Assembly: GCA_964270895.1 (NCBI GenBank)
Contig: OZ185448.1
Source: Podarcis filfolensis
Taxonomy: Eukaryota
Direction: 5' to 3' (one strand)
Length of the DNA: 64,000 bases
Every line of letters starts with the position of its first letter. The stretch's first letter is position 1. Shown piece by piece: positions 10,812-22,840 of the stretch. The position numbers were made by a program, and so were the translations under genes. A model generated the notes under the pieces. It searched no databases. It worked only from the letters and a program-made list of their open reading frames with translations, and was not told where the DNA came from.

Positions 10812-13160
10812 TTTATAAAGTATTTGCAGGAGCTAGGTACTTTTGCAAGTTGATGCAGTCCTGCTGCCAGATTCATGCCCTCAATAAACCATGTCTCTCG
10901 GCCCAAGCAACCTTGCAGGATTCTTGCAAAGATTTTTTTTTAAGTGGGGAGAGGGGAATATTGTCCTCTCCCACCCATTTGTGGACCAGCTTCAGCCCTT
11001 TGGCAGAATTGCATTACATGTATTACAGATGCAGTCAATATTTATGCTGTCTTTCAAGTCTGAACTCATTTGATGTCTCTTCATTGGCTGTGGGGAAACT
11101 CCTCTCCTCTGGCTTCCAAGAGGGAATCAAGCCTGAATACTCCCTCTGTTTCTAGAGAAGCAAAGGCTGTTGCTCATCTGTTCCTTTCCTTGCAGGGCAT
11201 GGTCCCCAGATCTGATGTTTGTTCTCGCAAGTGGTGGCAGCCATTCTGCCAGCTGTTGGAAATTATAAAGTGAATCGCTCTGTGGGGGGTGGGTGGGAGG
11301 GGGGACCCTGAAAACAATAAAAGCCTTCAGGGTTTTTTACATTCTTTCTGAGTAACAAACTGTCCTGCCATCCCATTCAGTCATGTTTTTAAAAGTGGGA
11401 TGGTATTTGGTTTCTGGCTTACATTTCCTAGGTAGAGATCAACATTAAAAAAAATATGTTCCTAGCTTGTTCCAGACAGGCCAGGGGTGGGTGGCTTGTG
11501 GTCCAGCAGATGCTACTGACTCCAGGTCCCATCAGCCCTAGCCAGTGATCAAAGATGATGGTAGTTGTGGTCCAGCAATATCTGGAGGGCCTCAGGCCTC
11601 CCATTCCTGCTCCAGACATTGATACGCTTCTGGCGTTTGTGTTGCTAATGCATCCATGGGTGTTCACCTGCAGAGCAGTGAACATTAACCCCCATACCAT
11701 GAAGCAGCTGCTCTGAACTGCCCCTGAACTGTGCCAGCCATTATGAGAACTGTTTAAGAATTAGTGTCTGGGTTAAATATTCCACCCCCTTCTTCGTGTT
11801 CCACTTTTTTTAGATTTTAGACCTGCAGGCTGGGACTGTCTTGTTTTAATTGATTGTATGTATGTCACTCTGGGAGGCTTTCTGACTGAAGAGCGGGGTA
11901 CAAATGCTCTAAAGAAATAAATTTTCCAAGTTTTTCTCTGTTTATAAAAGAGTTAAGTTTCTAGCATTTGTAGGACCTGAAGTATATTAGGCAGAATGTA
12001 CCTGCCCTGTTCTCTTTGTGTGTTTGTGAGAGAAGCTATCCTTCTATCCCTTTCAGGTTTTTTTCTCTTCACCCCACAAACAATCCCTGCAGACACCCCC
12101 CAAAAAACGAGTGCATATGAGTTGACAATGCTTCTTCCAGCCAAGGTCTGGCCCTCCACTGCCTTCCCTCCTCCAGTGGAATCATGTGAGTTGGGAGTGG
12201 GGCCGGAAGGCAGTCTCAGTCCTCAAGGAAGTGGCATGGATAACTCCAAGGTCTCTTGGGACTTACCATTCTTCTGACAACATTGTTATGCCTTTGTGCA
12301 AACTCCAAAATGACACAAAAGCAAAAACTCCATCCATCTTCATCAGAATCCAGCGGTCAGATCTGCAGCTGTTATGAATGGGTGCAGATTTTGACAGAGC
12401 CCGGAATGTGCTACAAGGACCACAAGTGATGTTTGGAGGTGTCCCAGGTTTCACTCCCAGGCATCTCAGGTTAAAAGGCTATCAGGGAAGTCCCATGTGA
12501 GGATTGTTTGTGTCCCCGTGGAGCAGTGAAGCAGTCAAAACTCTGGCTCACATCTTTTTTTAATGTAATCTTCGTAGAGAGGCTGCTTTGGCCCCTTATG
12601 CAGAGCCCCCTGGAAGGATACAGGAATGGTATCTAGAATATTTCGTGGCTAATACAAACAAATTAATAGCAGTGTTGGTGGCCAAGTCCCTCTTCATTGT
12701 TCAAAGGTCTTGTAAGATGATACTCTCACTCTACTTGTAATTTGGAGCTCAGGTTTTTATCTTTTGTATCATATAATAATATGACTGTAAAATTGGCTGT
12801 CTCATTATGAGGTGTACCAAACTGCACTGATGGCACTTAATTGAATTGTCTTGCATCATTTATAACACTTTATGTTCTCTTCTAACGTGTTCTGGGCTTG
12901 GGGTGTCTGCTCTCTGCCATTCCCCTTGCACAGATGGCAAGCAAGGCAGAAAGAGTGGGATTTGCGCCTGTGCTGTACTTTACAGAGGAGAGAGGAGAGG
13001 AGAGTCCTCTGTCTGAAAGCATCCTCAGTTGAAGGGCTTAAAGATCAAGGCTTAAAGAGGAAGGGAGAGCAAGCGGTACCTTGAAGTTGCCCCCTAACAG
13101 CTGGCACCATCTGGGCAGCAGACTGAGCAGGCACCTGGTCACAGGCTTCCCTGTTATGGA

Positions 13161-13483
13161 GATGATGGTGGTGATGATGATGATGTAGCATTACTTATTC
13201 CCCACCCATCCAACTGGGTTCCCCAGCCACTCTGGGCAGCTTCCAGCAAAATATATAGGAAGAAAACGAAACATTAAAGCTTCCTGAAAAGGGCTACCTT
13301 CAGATGCCTTTTAAGGTCGTTTAGTTACTTATCTTCTTGACATCTGACGGGAGGGCATTCCATTGGGTGGGTGCCACTACTGAGAAGGTCCTCTGCCTGG
13401 TTCCCTTAGCATCACTTCTTGCAGCAAGGGAGCTGCCAGAAGGCCCTCGGAGCTGGACCTCAGTGTCCAGGCTGAAAAATGGG
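13161..13483 (-). mobile_element. L2 LINE 3' fragment
   Basis: Same cccacccatc...ccccagccactctgggcagcttcc 3' end as the copies at 6420, 43960 and 50880. Confidence 0.8.
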
Positions 13484-13828
13484 CGTGGTGACAAGCGTAT
13501 GTTTTAATGCTCGTGTTTTTATTCTTTGCACACACTGTTTTAGTGTATCTATGACCACATAATAAATGATTGAGGATTTTAGGGAACTGGTGATGGGAAT
13601 TCCCACTGTCTTCCTTTGGAGAACCTCAAAGGCAGCTCCCTGTGTCCCCATGATTTCAGAAGATGATATTAGCAGACACAGAAAGCTACCGTGGAAGATG
13701 CAGTTTGGTTGTCCTGGGATTTCAAAAGGACAGGGTTGTTGTTTTTTTAAAAAAATAGCAATCTAATGTGTCTTGTTTTGTTTCTGCCCAAGGTAACATA
13801 AAGAGAAACCTACAAGAGATCTGGCAAG

Positions 13829-13964
13829 ATGGTTGCTCTGTCCTTGAAGATCTGCATTCGCCAGTGCAATGTGGTCAAGACGATGCAGTTTGAGCCCTCC
13901 ACAGCCGTGTACGATGCCTGCCGCGTTATTCGTGAGCGAGTGCCAGAGGCTCAAACTGGACAAG
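13829..13964 (+). CDS. TLN2: TLN2 coding exon 1 (F0; the exon starts at 13793 with 36 nt of 5'UTR)
   Basis: Acceptor tttctgcccaag|G at 13792, ATG in context ggcaagATGg, donor CAAG|gttagt; 136 coding nt, phase 1. Confidence 0.97.
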
Positions 13965-14019
13965 GTTAGTTTTGGCAAACCCCACATTTGAGTTACAGTC
14001 TGACGCATGATGCCAGGTA

Positions 14020-14243
14020 CAGTCATACCTCGGGTTGAAGTAGCTTCGGGTTGAGCATTTTCGGGTTGTGGAAGTAATGAAGCATGTTACTTCCAGGTTG
14101 TGCCGCTTGCGCATGCGCAGACGCTCAAAATGATGTAATGCGCGGAAGCGGCAAATCGTGACCTGCGTGGACAAGGGTTGCATTCGCTTCAGGATGCGAA
14201 CAGGCTCCGGAACAGATCCCGTTCGCATCCAGAGGTACCACTG
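14020..14243. mobile_element. Tc1/mariner MITE family B
   Basis: TA|CAGTCATACCTCGGGTT ... CAGAGGTACCACTG|TA; an inverted sibling lies at 16674-16925. Confidence 0.85.
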
Positions 14244-14679
14244 TATGGGGCAGATAAAGACTTGGCTCAGCTGAAGTGGGGTTTGCATGCACAGCTAACC
14301 TGCAAAGCACTCTGCAGCGCTTCACAAGACCCGCCAGTCAGCTGAATGGCCTCACTTTGTGGGCCGACACAGCTTGATTTCAAACTCTGTGGACAAGGAA
14401 GGGTCACATGACATCACTGTGGGCACACCCCCCACATGTTTCAAACTTGGCCCACGCCAAGTGGGAGAGATAATGATCTGGGCTGCCCCACCACGTCCAG
14501 TTTTCCACCCCATCTCTAGATGCTGGACTGCAGCTCCCACCATCCCTAACTGCTGGTCTTTCTGACTGGGGCTGATGGGAGTCCATCTACATTTGGGGGG
14601 GGGGCACATGGTTCCCCACCCCAGATAAGGCAGTGGGTGTCCTGATGAGCAATCAGGGTTCACATAATGAGCATGAAAA

Positions 14680-14915
14680 GTTCCTGGTGTCTCAGAGGGC
14701 CGCCTTAGCAGCTGTTCGCAGACTTTGGAACTCCCTCCCTAGAGAGGCCAGACTCTTTGCTACCTGTACTTTAATAGATTTGCTTTTATATTGTTTTAAT
14801 TCTGTTACAGTTCAAATATTTCTTAACTGTTATCTGCTGTGTGTTTTTACCTTTCTGTGTTTTAATCCGAGCTGCCTTGAGTCCTGGCTCTGGGAGAAAC
14901 ATGGAATGTAAATAA
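14680..14915 (+). mobile_element. Old L2 3' fragment
   Basis: RLWNSLPREAR (L2 ORF2 C-terminus) followed by an AT-rich 3' UTR ending gtaaataaataat. Confidence 0.6.
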
Positions 14916-15847
14916 ATAATAGTGCCAGGTATTTTATTGGACTTGAGGAGTGATGTCCCTGAAGTGAGGGCAAATGCATTGTCTTCACTCTGTATGTGTG
15001 TGTAGTAGGTGGGGAGGGAGAAAATGTGTCGCTGAGGCCGGCAAGCCTTGCTACCCTGCTGTTTGACTGCTGTCATAACTTCTCTTTTTCCATTGCCACC
15101 TACTCGGGCCCCCACCCAACCAGGGGGTTAACACTTCTGCCCTGTTTTTGCAGCACCACCCCCCAGTGCAAAATTACCCTCTCTGAGAGGGAAAAAGTGA
15201 TTGTGAAAAGGTCCTCTTTTGCTCATTTCCACTCGGAACAAACACGTTTATGTATTTATCATCTTCAACAAATAATGTCGGTTTCCAGGGCAATGGGAAA
15301 CCTTGATTTATTTTAGGGCAACCAATCGCTCGCAAATTGCGGCAATGCTGTCTTGAGCGGCCACAGGCAAGTTCATATTAACTTGGGATTCAAGATTAGC
15401 AATGCCGTCATGCGGACGAGATGGGGCCTTGATTGGCAATGCAGTCTTGGAGCTAATTGTTGCTTCCCCGGGAGCTTTGAATCCAAGCTGGGAATTTCTG
15501 CCCCGCACTGTAAACCGTTTCCATTGCAAACAGGCTCCGCAAGGGCATCCGCTGAACAGCCGGATTAATAGACACTGATGGAGTGGAAGCATTAGCTCTA
15601 AACTACTTTGTATTATTTGGTTCATTACGTTTGAATGCAACCTTCATTAATTAGCAGTGAGTGATTAAAGTGCCGTCGTTGGAGCGTTGCCTTTTGGCGT
15701 TGCCTTTTTGGCCTTCGTCTCCTGCGGTTCCAGCAGTGACATGTCCGTGACCTTTGGGCACCTCACCCTCCGGATGCTCCTCCGCAGACGTCCCTTGGGT
15801 CACAGCGTTTGCTGCTGCAGCATTGCCAGTTTCTGCCAGCAGGAAAC

Positions 15848-16582
15848 CGTGGTGCGACCAAGCACATGGGGAATGCTGTACGGTGGTACCTTGGGTTACA
15901 GACGCTTCAGGTTACAGACTCCGCTAACCCAGAAATAGTACCTCGGGTTAAGAACTTTGCTTCAGGATGAGAACAGAAATCGCGTGGCGGCAGTGCGGTG
16001 GCAGCAGGAGGCCCCATTAGCTAAAGTACCTCAGGTTAAGAACAGACCTCCGGAACGAATTAAGTTCTTAACCCGAGGTGCCACTGTATACAGTTCTGGC
16101 CACCTCACCTCAAAGAGGAGGTTGTGGAGTTGGAGTTGGAAAAAGGTTCATTATGCATGGCATGGGGAAAGGGCATAGAGAATTTTTTTTCTTCCCTCTG
16201 TCATAGCACTAGCTCTCATGGACATCCGAGGATGCTGCGTTTTGTAAGCTGCAGGATAGATTAAAGAAAGTCCTTCTTCATGCAGCGCATAAACTATGGA
16301 ACCCGCTCCCCCAGGAGGCAGGGATGGCCCCCAACATGGATGGCTTTAGAAGAGGTTTAGAGACGTTCATGGAGGAGGAGAGGGCTCTCAGTGGCTACTA
16401 GCCAGGATGGCGATGCTCTGATTCCACAGTCCAAGCCAGCAATGTAGCTGAATACCAGTTGCTGGAAACCACAGGAGGGGAGAATGTTCTTGTGTCTAGA
16501 TTCTGTTTCTGGCTTTCCCATTGGGGTGTCAGGTTTGCCACTGTGAGAACAGGATGCTGGACTTAGATGAGCCACTGGCCTG
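15848..16582 (+). mobile_element. CR1 LINE 3' fragment (ORF2 C-terminus and 3' UTR), interrupted by a MITE
   Basis: Decayed VRP-H-EY/C-QFWPPHLK and QRIN(L)WNPLPQEAGMAPNMDGFRRGL motifs, then the CR1 tail cactgtgagaacaggatgctggac. Confidence 0.75.
15881..16086. mobile_element. Tc1/mariner MITE family A
   Basis: TA|CGGTGGTACCTTGGGTTA...TAACCCGAGGTGCCACTG|TA. Confidence 0.88.
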
Positions 16583-16673
16583 AGCTAAGAGGCTCTTACC
16601 AGAACGTTCTTACCAGAACTCTCATCACAGAAATGTTCAAGTTCCTGGTTTGGGGTCTTATCATGACTAAATA

Positions 16674-16925
16674 CAGTGGTACCTCTGGATACGAACGGGA
16701 TCCATTCTGGAGCTCCGTTCGCATCCTGAGCAGAACGCAACCTGAGTCTGTGCATGCGCGGGTCATGATTCACCGCTTCTGCGCATGTGCGTGACATCAT
16801 TTTGCGCGTCTGCGCATGTGCAAGCGACGAAACCCAGAAGTAACCCGTTCCATTACTTCTGGGTCACCACGGACCACAACCTGAAAACGCTCAACCTGAA
16901 GCATCTTTAACCCGAGGTATGACTG
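16674..16925. mobile_element. Tc1/mariner MITE family B (inverted relative to 14020)
   Basis: TA|CAGTGGTACCTCTGG...AACCCGAGGTATGACTG|TA. Confidence 0.88.
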
Positions 16926-17253
16926 TACTTCAACCTTTGAGAATTCTTTACCCTTTCTTTTTAAAAATGAACACTGTAATGGCCCCCTTTTGTAGATACA
17001 GTGTTCACTTTCCCTTCCTCTCCAAAGCGAACAGTCAGCTGTCCCAAGCGCCATGTGATTTGAACTGTGTTGAGGCAGGTGAGCCAATTATGGGAAAGAG
17101 AAAGGGAGAGGAGGAGGGGGTGGGGAGAGAGCTGCAGGGAGAGGGCAGAAGCTGGAGGGGCACTTCATGGCTCTCTAATCAAGTGGAAAACCTTCGTTTG
17201 GAATACACTCTATTTGCTCTGCGATCTGTCCATTTCTGCCTTTCATTTCCCAG

Positions 17254-17351
17254 CCTCTGACTATGGGTTATTCCTGTCCGATGAAGATCCACGGAAAGGC
17301 ATTTGGCTGGAAGCCGGGAGGACCCTCGATTACTACATGCTGCGGAATGGG
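17254..17351 (+). CDS. TLN2: TLN2 coding exon 2 (F0)
   Basis: tttcccag|CCTCT...AATGGG|gtacga; (A)SDYGLFLSDEDPRKGIWLEAGRTLDYYMLRNG; 98 nt. Confidence 0.97.
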
Positions 17352-18206
17352 GTACGACTGAGATCTGTGTGCTCCTGGGAGACATCTAGTTTATGGAGAA
17401 GGAGGGTGGCCTGTTGGTGACTGTTCAGGCGGCAGGGCTAGGTAAAGACTCCACGTCCAGAAGGAGGCGTATGGCATTGTATGCTAGTCACAGGAGACTC
17501 CTCTTATAACCTTTGTGAGTCATTGTAGAAGCGGAACCCCCATGTACATGGACAGTTGACCTCTGAACACAATATGTTGCAAATATACTGCAGGATTGGG
17601 TTATTGCCTGCATGCCTTGCTTGGCTTTCCAGAACCATCTGGGTAGCCTTTGTAAGGGGAAAAAAAGAGGCTGGACTAAGTGGGTCTTAGCATGTCCACT
17701 CTTACATTATAAATTCTCCACAAAACTTCATTAGGGCTCGTAGTTTTGGAAGATGTCACCAACATTATCAGAGTGTGAACAATGGAATGGAAAAGGTTTC
17801 AGAAAATACAGTGCTGATCATTTAAAAGAAGGCTTGTGTAATCTACCTGGGGTTGTATCCACTGCTGCACCTGCAGAATTCTGCAAGGGCAAGAGGGCTT
17901 TCCTTCCTCTCTTCTTGCCGTGCAGCCCCAATTGTATGAAAATCTGCCCCAGAAGGTCCCCCAACCCTCTGGAGCAGATTTTGAGGGACCACAGTGATAC
18001 GGACCCAGTTTGGGTTGCCAAGTACACTAGTTGGCCCTAATGCTTCTGCTTATTAGGGCTGCCGACTTCCTAAAACCACATTTAAAAGTACATAACACAT
18101 TTTAATTGCGGCAACGGGGGCTGAAGGGCAGAGGAGAAGAGGAGGAAGTTCTGTTGTGCAAGCACGGTATCAGTGTTGGGTACTACACTTAGAACTGTAG
18201 CCAATG

Positions 18207-18297
18207 CTAGTCCTACTCAGAGTAGATCCATTGAAGCTGATGGACATGACTAACCTAAGTTCATTCATTTCAATGGCTCCACTCTGAGTAGGACTAG
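18207..18297. repeat. Palindromic MITE-like repeat (sibling at 26352-26473)
   Basis: ctagtcctactcagagtagatccattgaa ... ttcaatggctccactctgagtaggactag inverted arms. Confidence 0.7.
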
Positions 18298-19278
18298 AAT
18301 GGTACCCTGAGGGATCCCCCCACTCTAGATTCACCCTTCAGAGTCTGGTGCAAAAGATACAGACTTCAAAACTCTGAGGCCAGGATTTTGTTTGAATTCT
18401 GGGACAGGATGCAGTTCACAGCTCTTCCATACAAACATCCGCACCTGGTTCCTCCAGGCTTTTTTCACCTCAGTGGTGTAATTTAAGGGGCCGGGGGGGG
18501 GGGGTAATTTCATTGCTGCCACTGTCAAAACAGTTGTGACTTAGAAACCCTTGCCGATCTACTGCAGAGCACCCAGAAATCTGCCAGTTGCTCCAGATCT
18601 ACCTTCTGTCCACTCCAGGTTAGAATGCTGGAGGCAATCTGGAATGGGCCAGAACAATCACCCCCCCCAAAAAAAAATGTTGGTTGAGCTACAAAGCAGA
18701 GGCACCCCTGTTATGTGACTGGAACCTCCTCAGGAAGGCCGGTGAATCTGTGCGCATTTCCTTAAGGCATCCCTGGAAAGCCCTTGTGGCACTGGGAAGT
18801 TTCCTGGGATCCCTAGAGCCTCATTTATTGACTTCATTTATTAAGATTTCTTACTCACCCTTCACCAGAAAGCCCCAGGCTGGGTTACAAGGAAATAATT
18901 ATAATACTATGTTAAAATCAGTTTAAAACAGTTTATATCAGAAGACCAGAGTGGGATCTAAAATGTATGCCTCAGCTGTCATAGGATAAAGATGCGTATC
19001 TTCAGCATATGACACAGTGCAGGTGCTGGAGAAACCTCAGGGAGAGGTCTGGGGTAGGAGGGGATTCCTCATATCAGAAATTGTGGTCAGTTGGAATGAC
19101 TTTAAGTTGTCTTATTGTGGCCTGGTGATGCTTGACGTAAAGGGGTCTGCATACTGGGAAGTGCAATGGAAGAAGAGTCAAACCCAGCCCCTTTTGGAAC
19201 TTCACTGGCCTCCTAGGAGGGTCAGCTGGGTCTGCCTCTGACGTATTCTTAAAAGTGTCCCTGTGACTCACTTCCTAG

Positions 19279-19408
19279 GATATTTTGGAATACAAGAAGA
19301 AGCAAAGGCCGCAGAAGATCCGGATGCTGGACGGGTCGGTAAAGACGGTGATGGTGGACGACTCTAAAACCGTGGGGGAATTGCTGGTGACCATTTGCAG
19401 CCGGATAG
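19279..19408 (+). CDS. TLN2: TLN2 coding exon 3 (F0/F1)
   Basis: cttcctag|GAT...ATAG|gtgagg; DILEYKKKQRPQKIRMLDGSVKTVMVDDSKTVGELLVTICSRI; 130 nt. Confidence 0.97.
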
Positions 19409-21017
19409 GTGAGGCCAAGGGTGCCGTTAACTCCATTTCCTAGGATAGATTTTCCTGTGAGGAGAAATAGCCATTGGGGTCCCCAGGCCTAAACCTCACC
19501 TTTTACTGTCTGTCCTGGTAGAAATAACAACTCCAGAAGAAAAGAAAGGGTGCTAAGTGAGTGTAAATGGAACTTGCTGGTGAATTTGGAGGGGAGGGAC
19601 AACAGTTGGGATCTTGAACCTTGTGCATGATCTCCATTCTAAAAAAAAGGCTGTCCTGGAAACTTGAGCTTCTGATCCGAGTTATGCACCCGAATATATG
19701 AGAAATGCCATTCTCAACCATGGACCACATTTTGAGGGTCTGAGACAAAAGTGGAGGGGGGTCCATGGATGTGACTCTTTGTACAATAAGCCCACAACTT
19801 ATGCAGGATTTACGTTCCAGGGGGTCACACCTACTACCAAAATCACATATAATCAAAATCCATTGGGTTCAATGGAGTGTGGGATTGCCAAAGTCATTTT
19901 TCCCAAAACCCTGACCCCTTTCCACCTCAATTTTATTTTTGCCACATGCCCAAGTTAAAAGCACACAAGTCATACAAAACTTTCTATATCCCCATGCACC
20001 TCCACAGTCCATTCATGCAAGGAAGAGGCATTGCTATGGTCCAGGGTTGCATTCCAGTGAGGCAAAAGGCCTTGAAGATATGCAGAGCAGGTTGGAGGAG
20101 GGGGTGTGGCCTGCAGGCAGTTCTAGGGCCCAGATTGGCACGCCTGGAGGGCCACATTTGGCCCTTGGAACTTAGGTTCCCCACTTGTACCACGAATTGC
20201 TTCATTTTTCTGTTCTTCCAAGATGTGTTACCAGGTGGAACATTTGCAGCCAGCATGTTGGCCAACCCGTGACTCAGAGCTAAAACTAAAGGGCTCCTTC
20301 CCTCGGCCACTGGATGTTGCTGGGGTGTGTTCTTAGTTGTTTCTTTAGAGCATCTGTACCCCACTCTCCAGCCCAAAAGCCTCTTGCAGAAGCTTATGCT
20401 CGGTCAATTAAAAAAACGTTGTCCCTGCCTGTAAGCTTACAGTCCAAAAGACACAGCACAAAAGGAAAAAAGGATGTGCAGGGGAGAGGAAGGCAGGAGC
20501 CAACTCAGGAGCCAATTCTTAAAGTTAAATATTAGTTCTTATAATGAGCAGCTGGAATGGAAACTTTCATGGGTAAGATGCACCTGATGGAGCTGGTCTT
20601 TCAGCAGAGCTGATGGCAAGGGCCCTTCTTCCCACATCTCCCACTGTCACAGCCTGAAAGAATGACTGCAGGCTGAGAGAGAGCTTTCGTGCCACAGGGG
20701 CTTCCTTTCCCAGCTCTGTGACTGGTAAGATCCCTCCCCTAGTGATGCCAGGGACTGAAATATGGCTTAGCATTATAATGAGCTAAGCCACACCCCAAGC
20801 ACTGTGGTTAGTAAAAACTAAGTGAGCTTCATAAACCATGGCTTGTTTCTAAGTGGTTAATCTAAAACAGAAGTGAAAGCTACCAAACTCCTCCTTGTGG
20901 CTGTACTGGAGAAAGGAGGAGAAGGGATGAGCATGCAGGCCTTGTGGAGCACCTGGGCCCAGTCTCATGTTCTAAATTGGCCTGCGAGGCCTTTTCTTTT
21001 TTAAACAGACTTTAGGA

Positions 21018-21134
21018 CAGTGTTTTTCAAACTTGCGTTCCCATCTGTTGTTGGACTACAACTCCCATTATCCCTGACTGCTGGTCTTGCTAGCTAGGGA
21101 TGATGGGAGTTGTAGGACCCAAGTTTGAGAACTA
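21018..21134. mobile_element. hAT-like hairpin MITE (ggactacaactcccatc family); representative of at least 12 dispersed copies
   Basis: cagtgtttttcaaactt...aagtttgagaac termini around a ggactacaactccc...gggagttgtag core. Siblings near 4730, 7552, 11483, 14480, 21480, 28650, 30405, 30689, 33490, 55600, 55745, 59620 and 63480. Confidence 0.6.
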
Positions 21135-21294
21135 GCATTACATCCAAAGTAGGCCATGGAGTTCCCCGTGGCAGAGCAGCAGCCTTCTAAAAGAACTGTG
21201 TTTGGGGTTTTCTTGCTTGCTTTAGACGAGGATGTGGTTTCGGACCAAATAGCTGTGTTGAATAAGCAGGCTTAGTTTGTTCTTGCAATTCCAG

Positions 21295-21447
21295 GAATAA
21301 CCAACTACGAAGAATACTCCTTAATCCAGGAGAGCAACGAAGAAAAGAAAGAGGAGGGCACAGGGACCCTGAAGAAAGATCGGACGCTGCTGCGAGATGA
21401 AAAAAAAATGGAGAAATTAAAGGCAAAGCTGCACACGGATGATGACC
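21295..21447 (+). CDS. TLN2: TLN2 coding exon 4 (F1 and F1 loop)
   Basis: attccag|GAATA...GACC|gtaagt; GITNYEEYSLIQESNEEKKEEGTGTLKKDRTLLRDEKKMEKLKAKLHTDDD; 153 nt. Confidence 0.97.
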
Positions 21448-21694
21448 GTAAGTTGTGTTCCCCAGTGAAGCTCTGTGGCCTTTCATATTTTGCTGGACTC
21501 CAACTCCCATCAGCCCTAGGCAGTGTGCCCAGCAGCCAGGAATGATGGCAACTGTGGTCCTACAGAGGATGCTCAACATGTTCCCAACCTATGACTTGTC
21601 AGAATAAATAGAAACTGAAGTTGGTGACAGTCTCTGAAAACAGAAGTGAATTAACCGTAGCTCTGACTTGCAGAAAGTCAGACTGTGTGTGTGT

Positions 21695-22840
21695 TTAATA
21701 ATTTGTGTTAAAGGTTTTCTTAGTTTACAAAAGTACATTGTCTCTTTATCAGGTTGTGTTTTCTACAGATCAGTTACATTTGTTGTGAGACATTAGTGTT
21801 GTATGCAGTATAAGGTTGAGACGAGAAGGGGGGGAATTGTGCCAGCATCCACTGGATATGTTCTCTTTCTATTCTCTTATTATGTTTCCTTGGTAATGAG
21901 AGGTATTGGGGGGGCAGGGTGTGGTTGGTTGTCTGTGGTTGACTGCAGTGGGGTTTGTTTGCAATTGTGAGGGGAGGAGGACTTGTTGGGTCAAGTAAGC
22001 CAAATTGATTCATATGCTGTTGATGGGTTCTTGTTGTCTTGTTGGGCTGTGTATGTGATAAAGGGGATCCATACTAGGGTGAAGGTATCCTCTTCTATTT
22101 GTCCCTGTATCAGTTTCAGTTTGTTGGTTAGCTTTTCTAGTAAGGCTGTTTCCCATACGACTTGGTACCAGTTGTCCTTGTTCACTCCTGACAGGTCTCT
22201 CCAGTCTATGAGGCTAAGAGTAGGTGGGTCATAAGCTCTTTGTAATGTGAGTGGTCAATAGGATCTTGGAAAATCTTCAGTAGGGCCAGTTCTGGGGTGA
22301 GTTCCAATACTTGTTTAGTTACTTTGCATATCTCTTGTAGGACATTTGTCCAGAAGGGTTGGATTTGGGAGCATTTCCACCACATGTGGAGGTATGTGCC
22401 TGTAGAGGTGCAGTCTCTCCAACATTTTCGTGAGGTTCCTGGGTGTATCAACGCCAGTTTCCGTGGTGTTAAGTACCATCTGTATGTGAGTTTCAGTGTG
22501 AGTTCCCTTCTTTTGGCTGAGATAGATTTAAAGGGAGGTTTAGACCACGTTCTAGTCCATTGGGTGGGGTTAATTTAATGGCCTATGTCATGCTCCCATT
22601 GTTTTTTGATTGTGTTAAGGGAGCTTGTGAGATTTTGGACCAGTATTTTGTATATTGTGGATACCATCCCTTTGCCTTGTGTCTTTGTTGTTAGGAGAAG
22701 ATTTTCAAAGGTGGTCAAAGGCCTAGTTGCTGCTGATTTTACTACTGGATTTTTTAAAGAAGGCATGCAATTGGTGGTGTGTTAGCCAGGGCATTTAGGT
22801 GTCCCCTAGTTTGTCTTGTATTTCTTGTGAGCCAAATTCT
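21695..22840 (-). mobile_element. Older L1 LINE 3' fragment (frameshifted ORF2)
   Basis: Minus-strand pieces KCWRDCTSTGTYLHMWWKC (Cys-rich CCHC motif), WYQVVWE and TIKKQWEHD; the 3' UTR is shared with 55030-55440. Confidence 0.8.
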
